A stretch of 64,000 nt of DNA from Mobula hypostoma. Lineage: Eukaryota. This document shows positions 14,108 to 26,624 of the stretch, piece by piece. A program made the translations under genes and the position numbers. Location of the stretch: NCBI RefSeq assembly GCF_963921235.1, contig NC_086097.1, positions 236,904,001 through 236,968,000 on the forward strand, in the 5' to 3' direction. The notes under the pieces were generated by a model that was given only the letters and a program-made list of their open reading frames with translations, was not told the origin of the DNA and made no database searches. Each line of letters begins with the position of its first letter. The stretch's first letter is position 1.

Positions 14108-15307
14108 TAGTCAGAGGAACAGAGACAAGGTTCTGTGGGCATGATAGAGACACCCGGATAGTATGTTGCCTCCCTGGTACCAGGATCATAGCAGGATCAT
14201 GGATGTCTCTAATTGTGTCCATGGTATTCTCAAGGGTGAGGGTGAGCAGCTAGAAGGCTTGGTACACATTGGCACCAATGACAAAGAGACTTTAGGGAGC
14301 AAGGTAGAAAGCTGAAAAACAGGATCTCCAGGATAGTAATCTCTGGATTGCTGCCCGTGTCACGTGCCAGTCAGGGTAAGAATAGAATGATTTGGCAGGT
14401 GAATGTATGGCTGAGGAACTGGTGCAGGGATCAGGGGTTAAAGACAGACAAAACTGAAAGTGATGAATACCGGACCAAAGGTGTTATACTTAAATGCACA
14501 CAGTACACAGACTAAGTTCAATGAACCAGGAGCACAGTTACAGATTGGCAAGTATGATGTTGTAGGCATCACTGAATCATGACTGAAAGATGATTATAGC
14601 TGGGAGCTTAATGTCCAAGGATATACATTGTATCAAAAGGATAGGGCAAAAGGCAGACAGCATAGTGTGGCTCTGTTGGTAAAATATGATTTTAAATTAT
14701 TAGAAAGAGGTGACATATGGTTGGAAGGTGTTGAATCATTGTGAATAGAGCTAAAGAAATGCAAGGGTACAAAGACCCTGATGGGAGCTGTAAACAGACC
14801 CCCAAACAGTAGTAAGGATGTGGTCTACAAGTTATGATGACAGATGGAAAATGCACGCCAAAAGAGCAATGTTACGATAGTCAAGGGAGATTTCAATACG
14901 TAGGTAGATTGGGAAAATCAGGCTGGTGCGGGATTAGAGCAGCTCATGGCTGAGCCCACTAGGGGATCATCTATTCTGGACTGGGTGTTGTGCAATGAAC
15001 TGGAATTGATTAGAGTGCTTAAGGTAAAAGAACCCTAAGGAGAAACGGTCATAATATGATTGAATTCACCCTGAAATTTGATGACAAGCTAAAGTCAGAT
15101 GTATCAGTGTTACAGTGGGGTAAAGGGAATTACAAGGCATGAGAGAGAAGTTGGCCAGAACTGACTGGAGAAGAACACTGACAGGGATGAAGGCAGAGCA
15201 GCAATGGCTGGAATTTCTGGAAGCAACTCGGAAGGCACAGGATATATACATCTTAAAGAGGGAGAAGTATTCTAAAGGCAAGATGCCAGAAACATGACTA
15301 ACAAGGG

Positions 15308-16539
15308 CAGGGGTCCCCAACCTGTTTTGCAACGCGAACTGGTTTATTATTGACAATATTCTTGCGGACCAGCTGACCCCGGGGGTGGGGGGGGGTTGTG
15401 TGGTAGGGGTTGCCAACAGACAAGTGGAGCAGTCAAATACGTTGTGTTTACCCCGAGAAAGACTGCCATAACCATGAAGCCTTGTGCGGGCACCACTGCG
15501 CATGCGTGACTTGTGTATGCGTGTACGTGCTGATTTTTTTCTACAAATCATTTTTGGCGATTCTGTTTGGGGGGGGGTGTTAATCACGACCGGAATATAG
15601 GTAATAAGTGGATAATACACTCAATTTCGTTTCTAAAAGGGTTTATCGAACAAATTTAATATTAAACACACAGCGCAATATTTTCCTCGCATGAATATAG
15701 TGATAAGTCAATTATCGGGGGAGGACAGGGGAGCTTGAAGTAAGTGTTGAACGAACTTCCAGTAGAAGTGGTAGAGGCAGGTTCGATATTATCATTTAAA
15801 GAAAAATTGGATAGGTATATGGACAGGAAAGGAATGGAGGGTTATGGACTGAGTGCAGGTCAGGAGACTAGGAGAGAGTAGCGTTCAGCACGGACTAGAA
15901 GGACAGAGATGGCCTGTTTCTGTGCTGTAATTGTTATATGGTTATATAAGTTACTTATAAGTCAACAGCATCATAACATTTAAGTAACGTTTGGATATTA
16001 AACACACAGCACATATTTTCCCCGTATGAACATATAAAATCATTGCAACACACCAATATCGCTGAATCAGTGGGAGCCCTGGGCTTATTTCCCTACAACA
16101 AGACGGTGCCATCAAGGGGTGATGGGAGACAGCGATACTCGAAGGGAGTTCCTTATGTCCAGTCTATTCCACAATTTAGTTTTCGTTGCATTCATTGCAG
16201 AGATATGTTGGAAATGGAAGCAATGTTTTCAGTACTTTCGTGGCCATCTCAGGATATTTAGCCTTGACTTTGATCCAGAACGCCGGCAGAGATGTTCGGT
16301 CAAACATACTTTTCAGCCCGCTGTCATTTGCAAGCTCGAGGACTTGATCTCCTTCCCGCGCTGACATGGATGACGCGCGGGTAATGACCTCGCATGCATA
16401 ATGACCTCGTATGCGTTCAAGCTCCACAGTGGGTGTGACAGGGAATGAGGAAAGGTGCAGCTGACTCATATCGCCAAATCATATTGTTTCCTCGCGCCCA
16501 GTAGCACATGCTTTGCGGCCCAGTGGTTCGGGACCGCTG
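15308..16539 (-). mobile_element. hAT (Charlie/Buster-type) non-autonomous DNA transposon
   Basis: TIRs caggggtccccaacc / ggttcgggaccgctg. 8-bp TSD aacaaggg / aactaggg. Transposase C-terminal remnant LELANDSGLK..FWIKVKAKYPEMATKVLKTLLPFPTYLC in ORF 16176-16469. Confidence 0.9.
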
Positions 16540-17724
16540 AACTAGGGAAGTCCAGACCAATATAAAAGCCAAAGGGAGGGCATATAATAGAGCAAAGATT
16601 AGTCAGAAGTTAGAGGATTGGGAAACTTTTAAAAGCCGACAGAAGACAAGTAAAAAAGTTATTACGAAGATGACAATGGAATATGAAAGTAAGCTAGCGA
16701 ATAATATTAAAGAGAATACCAAAAGTTTCTTCAGATACATGAAGTGTAAAAGAGAGGCGGGAATGGATATCAGACCACTGGAAACTGATGCTGGAGAGGT
16801 AGTAATGAGGGACCAGGAAATGGTGGATGAACTGAATAAGTATTTTGCATCACTGAACTGAATAAGTATTTTGCATCAGTCTTCACTGTGGAAGACACTA
16901 GTAGCAAGGTGGAAGTTCAGGGGACATGAAGTGTGAGAAGTTACTATTACTAGGGAGAAGGTTCTTGGCGAAACTGAAAGGTCTGAAGGTGGATAGGTCA
17001 CCTGGACCAGAGCTCTGAAAGAGGTGGTTGATTCATCATTCGGATGATGGAATTGATGGCTTTGCTGCAAAGCTTGCATACAATATGAAGATAGATAGAC
17101 GGGCAGGTAGTTTTGAGGAAATAGGGAGGCCACAGAAGGACTTAGACATAACCTCAGAATAGAGGGTGTTCTTTTAGAACATAGATAAGCAGAAATTTCT
17201 TTAGCGGAGAGTAGTGAAATCTATGGAATTCATTGCCATAGGCAGCTGTAGAGGCCAAGTCTTTACATATATTTAAGGCAGAGGTTGACAGATTCTTGTT
17301 TGGTCAGGGCATGAAGTTATATAGGGGGAAGCCAAGAGATTGGAGCTGAGAGAGAAAATAGATCAGCCACAATAAAATGGTGGAGCAGATTCGATAGGCC
17401 AAATGGCCTACTTCTGATCCTATATCTTATAGTGTAAGTTCTTTGCTTTTGCCCATGTCCAGGGACTTCCAGTATCCTCACACAGTCTTTGAGATATTTT
17501 CATTGTAACTTCTCAGTGTAGAACAGTTAGAATTTCTTTTCTAAACGAAGAATGAAGGTTGTAAACTTGCCAGAACAAAGGGAAAGGGAATAACAGATGC
17601 CGCCATGAAGACCATGACGTGGACATTCTTCAAGAGACACAAGATACTGCTAATGCTGTCACCTGGAGCAAACTGCTAGAGGAATTTGGCGAGTTAAACA
17701 GCAAAGAGGCAAAGTAAAATATTT

Positions 17725-18995
17725 AAACACGAGGAATTCTGCAGATGCTGGAAATTCAAGCAATACACATCAAAGTTGCTGGTGAATGCAGCAGGCCAGG
17801 CAGCATCTCTAGGAAGAGGTACAGTCGACGTTTTGGGCCGAGAACCTTCGTCAGGACTAACAGAAGGAAGAGTTAGTAAGGGATTTGAAAGTGGGAGGGG
17901 GAGGGGGAGATCCAAAATGATAGGAGAAGACAGGAGGTGGAGGGATGGAGCCAAGAGCTGGACAGATGATTGGCAAAAGGGATAGGAGAAGATCATGAGA
18001 CGGGAAGCCTAGGGAGAAAGAAAGGGGGAGGGGGGAAGCCCAGAGGATGGGCAAGGGGTGTAGTGAGAGGGACAGAGGGAGAAAAAGGAGAGAGAGTAAA
18101 AGAATATATATATAAATAAATAATGGATGAGGTACGAGGGGGAGGTGGGGCATTAACAGAAGTTAGAGAAGTCAATGTTCATGCCATCAGGTTGGAGGCT
18201 ACCCAGACGGAACATAAGGTGTTGTTCCTCCAACCTATGCCATCATGTTGAAGCCCCAGACAGTCCTTCCAGGTGAGGCGACACTTCACCTGTGAGTCGG
18301 CTGGGGTGATATACTGCGTCTGGTGCTCCAGATGCGGCCCTCTATATATTGATGAGACCCGATGCAGACTGGGAGACCATTTCGCTGAACACCTACACTC
18401 TGTCCGCCAGAGAAAGCAGGATCTCCCAGTGGCCACACATTTTAATTCCACGTCCCATTCCCATTCTGATATGTCTATCCTCGGCCTCCTCTACTGTAAA
18501 GATGAAGCCACACTCAGGTTGGAGGAACAACACCTTATATTCTGTCTGGGTAGCCTCCAACCTGATGGCATGAACATTGACTTCTCTAACTTCTGTTAAT
18601 GCCCCACCTCCTCCTCGTACCCCATCCGTTATTTATTTATTATATATATATTCTTTTTCTCTCTCTCCTTTTTCTCCCTCTGTCCCTCTCACTATACCCC
18701 TTGCCCATCCTCTGGGCTTTCCCCCTCCCCCTTTACTTTCTCCCTGGGCCTCCTGTCCCATGATCCTCTCATATCCCTTTTGCCAATCACCTGTCCAGCT
18801 CTTGGCTCCATCCCTCCCCCTCCTGTCTTCTCCTATCATTTCAGATCTCCCCCTCCCCCTCCCACTTTCAAATCTCTTACTAGCTCTTCCTTCAGTTAGT
18901 CCTGACGAAGGGTCCCGACCTGAAACGTCGACTGTACCTCCTCCTAGAGATGCTGCCTGGCCTGCTGAGTTCACCAGTAACTGTTATGGGTGTTG
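17725..18995. mobile_element. Penelope-like element remnant: GIY-YIG C-terminus plus pLTR, with an inverted pLTR copy
   Basis: ORF 18273-18599 (FTCESAGVIYCVWCSRCGPLYIDET..EH..VATHFN..EQHLIF..LQPDGMN) is a Neptune-type GIY-YIG. Arms ~17762-18236 and ~18516-18995 are reverse complements. Confidence 0.9.
18898..18933 (+). ncRNA. Minimal type-I hammerhead ribozyme motif (intact core)
   Basis: agtc-CTGACGA-agggtcccgacct-GAAA-cg-TC-gact. Stem I agtc/gact, stem II agg/cct, palindromic ACGT stem III, predicted cleavage after C18929. Confidence 0.75.
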
Positions 18996-19544
18996 TATAA
19001 GGTCAATTGTACAATTTATTTCAAGAGTTTGTTTCAGTCTACATACATTGGTCAAAACAATTAAGAACAGAAATATGCTTTAAAATATAAATAATTTCCT
19101 AAAAAAAGTAAAGTTACCATGAAAATTCAGCAGAAGGCCAAGGTCCCTGCATGCACTCTGTGGTTCATTCCTCTGAGTATTTTTCAGATTGCCACACTTG
19201 AATGAATTTCTCTACTTCACAGAACACTCGAACAATTCAAGTTCATTTAATCATGATTCTAATGCACTGAAATCAATAGCAAATTAACTTTTATTATTTA
19301 TTAACTTCCTGGAAGTTTTCTTTGCAGTTGTTTTTGTCTTGTTTATTCTCTCGCAACCTTCCAGGATTTTGAATAGTGACCTCTAAAACTAGTTGTCCCA
19401 AACATTGCAGATCAGCACTCCCAAAAGCGTATCTAAATTGAACACTCTACCAGTGCCTCAGTTCCCCACAGCTACTGAATCCAACTTGATTCAACACATG
19501 CTCAGGCTCTGTGCAGATGTTGATACGTACTTAATTTGTAAGAG

Positions 19545-20035
19545 TGTCAAAGAATACAAGAAGATAGCAGGAGAATGGTGTCGAGAGCGATAATAAATCA
19601 GCCGTGATCAAATGGCAGAGCAAATTCGATGGGACAAATGGCAGGATATCTCATTGAAACCTATTGAATATTGCAAGACAAGAGACAGCAAGCATAGAAT
19701 GGATGTTTCCTATAGTGAGGAAGTTTAGGACCAGAGAGCACAGCCTCAGAATATAAGGATCTCCCTTCAGAATAGTGATGAGGAGGAATTCCATTAGACA
19801 GAGGGGGTGAATATGTGAAATTCATTGTTTCAGACAGCTGTGGAGCCCCAGTCATTGGATATTTTTAAAGTAGAGGCTGTTAGATTTTCTATTAGTAAGA
19901 ATGTCAAATGTTACGGGGGGAAGGCAATAGAATGAGGTTGAGAGGGAAAATAAATCAGCCATGATCGAATGACTGAGTAGACCTGATGGGGCACAGGCCT
20001 AATTCTGCTCCTGTGTCATATCGTCTTGAGGCCTT
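19545..20035 (+). mobile_element. CR1 3' fragments
   Basis: Two successive CR1 tails (taaatcagccgtgatc.../taaatcagccatgatcgaatg...gcctaattctgctcct). Confidence 0.75.
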
Positions 20036-21134
20036 ATAGATAGAAAGTCTATGAAGGATTAGCTTCTTCTGAGGAGCAGCCACATTGTATGGGACGAATA
20101 AAGGCCCCTGAGAATTTTAAGGCAAAATTTAAACTGTCAAGATAAGAATTTTTAAAGCTAGTATTATATGCATGGTTATATTTCACTCACTGGTAACTTC
20201 CAATCATTATAAGTGAGTTCTGAATGTAATGTGCTAGTGAGGCAGAACTCTCTTACAAGGAGGGTAGGTACTAGATCCTGCCTCTAGTAGCCAGATATTC
20301 CATTCTCGCTGACATCCTCAGAGCTGCGTATTCACCAGCTGTGAGATATACGAAGGACAGAGAGCTGTTACCAGCTCGTTGAATTACTATTACGTTGTCT
20401 TTTGATGTGGCACTTTCCAGATTCAGCAGAGTTTAATAATATCACTTAATGATCGTGTTCCTTCCATTTCCATACCCACCATTCAATCCATTACTTCTTT
20501 ACTTATATATTACCATATGATTTTCCTTTGCATTGTCACCTCTTTTTTTCTTGCATTCAACTTGACGGGAGTAGATCTAGGAAAAGGGGCAAGAGGTTTA
20601 GAAGGGATCTGAGTAAGAAATGTTTCATGCAATGGTTAAAATCTGAGACACACTACTGACTCTCTCTTATGAGTCTCCGTTGGTCGATCTCATTGCTTAA
20701 TTCCAGGACCACTTCATGGCGCCCGAAAGATGAGACTCTGCATGCAGCTCTGAAGGGAATCATCAAATGTTCTGCTTCGGCAGGCTCGAATGGAAACTCA
20801 CAGTCACAGTTGTTGTGTTCGTTATGGAGGGGTAGTGTAAAGCACACCAGGATACCAGCATGCAGGGTATTCAAATTAACTTCATTGGTAATTCTGCTTG
20901 TATAATTTGTTACCCATGTGGGAGTGGCTAACTGAGTGGTACAGGGGTAACACTATTAACTCCCACTACATCTCCCCTTCTTGTAAAAGGAAAAAAAACT
21001 GGGTATGTACTTCTCCTCCATCTAACTGCAATGGAATTATAGTCACTGAAATTGAGTGATTCAGTTCACTTTACCTATAGCATGTATTGTATGCTCCTTA
21101 CATAAACATAAAAAAGAATTGGCAACATTATAAA

Positions 21135-24100
21135 GAAGAGAAAATCTGCAGATGCTGGAAATCCAAGCAACATGCACAGAATACTGAAGGATCTCAGCTG
21201 GCTAGGCAGCGTCTATGGAAAAAAGTAAACAGTTGCTCTGTTGGTAAAAAATGAAATCAAATCATCAGAAAAAGGTGATATAGGGTTGGAAGGTGTTGAA
21301 TCATTGTGGATAGAGCTAAGGAACTGTAAGGGTAAAAAGATCATGATGGAAACGGTATACAGTAGCACAAACGGTAGTAAAGATGTGACCTACAAATTGC
21401 AATGGGAGATAGAAAATGCATGCCAAAAGGTCAATGTTACAATAGTCATGGGGGACTTCAATCTGCAGGTAGATTGGGAAAATCAGGTTGGTGCTGGATT
21501 ACAGGAGGGAGAATTTCGAGAGTACCTACGAGATGGCATTTTGGAATAGCATGTGGTTGACCCCACTAGAGTATCAGCTATTTTTGATTGGATGTTGTGC
21601 AGTGAACCAGAATTGATTAGAGAACTTACGGTAAAAGAACCATGAGAGGCAAGAGATCCTAATATAATCAAATTCACCATGAAAATTCAAAACAAGAAGT
21701 TAAATCAGATGTATCAGTGTTACAGTGGAGTAAAGGGAATTATAGAGGATAGAGGAGTTGGCCAGAATTGATTGGAAAAGAACACTGACAGGGATGAAGG
21801 TAGAGCAGCAATGGCTGGAATTTCTGGAAGCAATTTAGAAGGAATGGGATATATACACCCAAGGAGAAAGAAGAATTCTAATGGAAAGATGACACAGCCA
21901 TGGCTAACACGAGAAGTCAAAGCCAACATAAAAGTGAAGGAATGGGCATATGATAGAGCAAACATTAGTGGGAAGCTTTCAAAAACCAACTGAAGGCAAC
22001 TAAGACGTCATTAAGAAGTTAACAATGGAATATGAAATTATGCTGACCAATAATATTAAAGAGGATACCAAAAGATTCTTCAGATACATAAAGTGTAAAA
22101 GAGAGGTGAGAATGGATGTTGGACCGCTGGAAAACAGTGGAGAAAAAGGAAATAGAAGATGAACTGAATAAATATTTTGCATCAGCCTTCACTGTGGAAG
22201 ACACTAGTAGTATGGTGGAAGTTCCAGGTGTCAGGGGGCACGAAGTGAGTGAAGTTACCCTCACTAGACAGAAGGTTCTTGGGAAAATGAAAGGTTTGAA
22301 GGTAGATAGGTCACCAGGACCAGATGGTATACAGCACTAAGTTCTGAAAGAGGTGGCTGAAGGGATTGTGGAGGCACTAGTAATGATCTGACAAGAATTA
22401 CAAGATTCTGGAAGACTGGAAAATTGCAAATGTCACTCCAGTCTTCAAGAAAAGAGAGAGGGAGAAGGAAGGAAACTATATGCCAGATAGTCTGACCTCA
22501 GTGGTTGGGAAGATCTTGGAGTCAATTAATAAGGATGAAGTCTCAGGGTATTTGGAGGCACATGATAAAATAGCCTGTAGTCAGCATAGCTTCCTCAGAG
22601 AAAATTTTGCCTGATGTAACTGTTGGAATACTTTGAAGAAATCTTTCTCACCGCTCAGGAGTAATGAATCTATTTGGGTTTCAGACAAATCTACTAAAGG
22701 AACAATTGTCCGGCAGCATGCACCACGATTGTTTGGTCCTCATATCTCAGAAAGGTGACCTAATAGAGGTGTATAAGATGATGAGAGGCATTGATCGTGT
22801 AGATAATCAGAGGTTTTTCCCCGGGACTGAAATGGTTAAGACAAGAGGGCACAGTTTTAAGGTACTTGGAAGTAGGTACAGAGGAGATGTCAGGGGTAAG
22901 GTTTTTATGCAAAGAGTGGTGAGTGCGTGTAATGGGCTGCCAGTGACAGTAGTGGAGGCAGATACGATAGGGTCCTTTAACAGACTCCTGCATAAGTACA
23001 TGGAGTTTAGAAAAATAGAGGGCTATGGGTAACCTTAGGTAATTTCTAAAGTAAGGACGTGTTCGGCACAGCATTGTGGGCTGAAGGGCCTGTATTGTGC
23101 TGTAGGTTTTCTATGTTTCTATGATGGGTGGTCATTGGAGAGAGTCCAGAGGAGGTTCACAAGGCTGATTCTGGGAATCAAGGGGTTACATATGAGAAGC
23201 GTTTGGCAGCTTTGTGCCTGTACTCACTGTAATTTAGAAGGATGCGGGGTGACCTCATTGAAACCTACCGAACGTTGAAAAGACTAGATAGGATGTTTCC
23301 TATGGTGGGGGTATGCAGAATTATGAGGCACAGCCTCATAATTGAGGGCAACCTTTTAGAACAGAGGTAAGGAGGAATTTTTTTTGCCAAAGAGTGGTGA
23401 ATCTGTGGTATGCTCTGCCACAGACTGTGGTTGAGGCCAAATCCATGGGTATATTTAAGGCGGAAGTTGATAGTTTCCTGATCAGTCAGGGCATCAAAGG
23501 ATATGTCAAGAAGGTAGGTGTATGGGGTTGAGTGGGATCTGGGATCAGCCATGATAGAATGATGGAGCAGACTCAATGGGCTGAATGGCCTGATTCTGCT
23601 CCTATGTCTTATGGTCTTGGGGTCTGAATAATAAACAGGATAGACAAACAAGAATCAGTTGCTGTTTTGTACTTAGATTTCAGAAGGCTTTTGACGATGT
23701 GCCACACACTAAGCTGCTTAATAACCTACGAGCCCATGGTATTACAGGGAAAATTCTGGCAAGGAGAAAGCAGCAGCTGATTGGCAGGAGGCAAAGAGTA
23801 GGAATAAGGGGAACCTTTTCTGCTTGGCTGCCAGAGAGTGGTGGTGTTCCACAGGGATCTGTGTTCTTTTTGAATTGTATGTCAATGGTTTGTATGATGG
23901 AATTGATGGCTTTGTTGCAAAGTTTGCAGGCAAAATGAAGATAGGTGGACGGGCAGGTAGTTTTGATGAAGTAGAGAGGCTACAAAAGGACTTGGATTAG
24001 GAGAATGGGTAAAGAAATGGCAGATGGAATATAGTGTCGGGAAGTGTATGGTGATAAACTTTGGGAAAAGAAAAGAAAGCATTGACGATTTTATAAATGG

Positions 24101-24150
24101 AGAGAAAATACAAAAAACTGAGGTGCAAATGACTTGGGATTCCTTGTACA
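21135..24150 (+). mobile_element. Composite CR1 block inside the Gypsy: old CR1 (21233-22650, 23640-24150) with two nested CR1 3' ends (~22650-23123, ~23130-23620), preceded by a PLE fragment (~21135-21232)
   Basis: Endonuclease motif VMGDFN and RT remnants. Internal tails tttctatgtttctatg and cctatgtcttatggtc. Confidence 0.8.
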
Positions 24151-26624
24151 GAATGGAAAGTCTGGGAAATCTGTTGGACAGAAGAGGTTCAGTATAATTT
24201 TTGTGCAGTTTTCTGTGTGCTTCACTTTGCTTAACATATCTCCTAGCTGTGTGCTAAGACCAGGCGACCACACAGATTGCCTTGCTCTCAAGCAACATTT
24301 TTGATGCCTCGGTGGATTTGACTGATGATTTTGGCATGCATTGAAGCAGAAATGATAAGTCTGAGCAATTTAGCAGCAAATCGTCAGGAGTGTTGAATGT
24401 ATCTCTTTCAATGTGGTGAGGTCTGAGTTTCTGAGCTCCTTCTGGATCAGCTGACCATCCATACTCATAGTATTGCATGACCTTGATACGGATTTGGTCC
24501 TTTTACAACTCATTGAGAATTTTATTCAGTTTATTCTCTGGTGCAGGAAAGCTTTTACGTACCTGAGCTGAGTAGATGTTGTTATCTTCCATGAGGGTAG
24601 CATCAGTTTCCATCCACTCACTTTTGCATGGCATCTTTGACAGAGTGTGTGCTGTTGTGAAAGATTTGCCGCGGACATTCAATGTCATAACAGTATTACA
24701 TAAGCCTCATTCTGAATCTTTGCAGACGTGGAGGTAAGTCATCCAAGTGTTTTGAACTGAGGAGGCTGACAAGTGGCTTGTGGTCTGTATCAATGAGGAA
24801 TTTAGTGCCTATCAAGAAGCAGCCAAGGTGTTCACAAGCCCACACAAAAACCAGCATCTCCTTTTCAATTTGGGCATGACAGTGTTCAGTAGGAGTCAGT
24901 ACTCTTGATGTATATGCCACCAATTTCCATAAACCACTGCAGTATTGCTTGAGCGCTCCCCCTAGGCCAAAGGAAGAGACTTCTATTGAGACTATAGTTG
25001 CTTTGTTCAGATCAAGGAATGCCAGTGTTGGTGGACAGATATACTCTGCTTTAAGTGCTGAGAATGACTTCTCCTGTGCTGTGTGCCTGCTCTCTGAGAG
25101 AGGAGGTCATGTAGTGGCTTTGTTTTCATTGCCAAATCCGGAATGAATTTCCCAGCTAGTTTACCATGCCAAGGAAACTGTGAGTCTTTGATATATTTGT
25201 AGGTTGTTCCATGTTCTGAACTCATGCAGTTTGTCTGAATCTGTTTGTACTCCCTCTGAGGACAATTGGTGGCCTAAGAACTTCACTTCCAACTTTACAA
25301 ATTCACATTTCTTTTTGTTCATGGTGATTCCAGCCTATTTCATCTTCTCCAAGGCAGCTTCTACTCTTGTATTATGTTCCTCACTTGAGCCTCCAATGAT
25401 TGTCCATGTGGCAAAATACTCCTTCCAGTACCTCCAGAATTTGGTTCCTCTTCATCTGACAGATTTCAGGGCTGAGGAGATGCCAAAAGGGAGTGTCTTG
25501 AAGGCATAGTGTCCATATGACGTGATGAAGGTTGTGAGCTTCTGTAACTCAGGAGCTAAATGGATCTGCCAGAACCCTGAGTTTGCACCTAGTTTGGTGA
25601 AGAACCTTGTTCCACCCAGCATACCCAATGCGCACTCAACAGAGGAGAGGGCAGAATAAACTTCTCCCACCTCACTGTGTTATTCAGTTTTGTTAGATCA
25701 ACACAGATCCTCACTGTGCCATCCAGCTTGGGAACAGAAATAATGCCCGCACGCTCCATTAGGTTCACTAACTCTAGTTATGATGTCAAGTGCTTCCATT
25801 CTCAAGTTGAGCTTTGACTTTATTCCTCAATGGGATTGGTATACACCTTGCAGTGATCAGCGAGTAGGACCACACTCCTGGCCTCAGTTGGATAATGAAC
25901 TTTACTTCCAGTACCCCCAGGCCTGTGAACAATTCTGGGTACTTCTACAAACTGGATAGTACTTAGCAAATTGAACCTTGCAGGGAGGTTCATCTTCTCA
26001 ATGGCATATCATCTCTGTAGTGTTGAGAAGAGATTTTGAACAGCATAGACATCCTCTTTTAGCTGCTACTCATTTTTACAGGTGGAAGTAGTAAACATTC
26101 CTTTTACACTGAGCATATGTTTCACTGGCCCCATGAGCACTTTCTTTATTGGATTTAGCATAATACCTGTTTTCTTCACCAGTTTTGTGAATAGATTTTC
26201 GGGCATGACTGTGACATCTGCCCCAGTGTCCATTTTGAAAGTCACTGCCTCAATTTGTAACTGAACCATAGTCTATTTGAATCTAGATCCCCAAGGAAAG
26301 CTCTCTCTTCGTCTGAGTCACGGTCTTCTTTGACCTCCTGAATGACTGTTTTTGAGCGACATTGGCCAGTTCTATTGTATTAGTGGCATTTTACCTCTTG
26401 TTGGACAGAGCTCTTTAACGTGGAATGGAGACTTGACACATTTCCTGCAGTTAACCTACCCTTGGTTTCACTTGTGTGTTTTGTCTGAGCTGAGCTCTAC
26501 TGTCACCTCTTTCTGTTGTCTTTCTCACAGCACCTTATTTATACTCTTCTTTTTGTACATCTTCTAGCTTTACCTCAGCATCATTTTTGTGCCTGAGTTC
26601 TTCCTGTTGCTGAAGAATGTTTTC

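Larger units (their letters stand above)
13590..17433 (+). mobile_element. Old CR1 LINE (ORF1 esterase, ORF2 endonuclease, internally deleted RT, 3' tail), interrupted by a SINE and a hAT MITE
   Basis: ORF1 motifs IGDSVVR / CCLPG / HIGTND. Endonuclease remnants at 14480-15060. Tail aaatggcctacttctgatcctatatcttat. Confidence 0.85.

Noticed and set aside
16828..16880. 26-bp direct tandem repeat (also a 12-bp duplication at ~5214-5237)
   Set aside because: Local slippage duplications inside dead CR1 copies; not an array.
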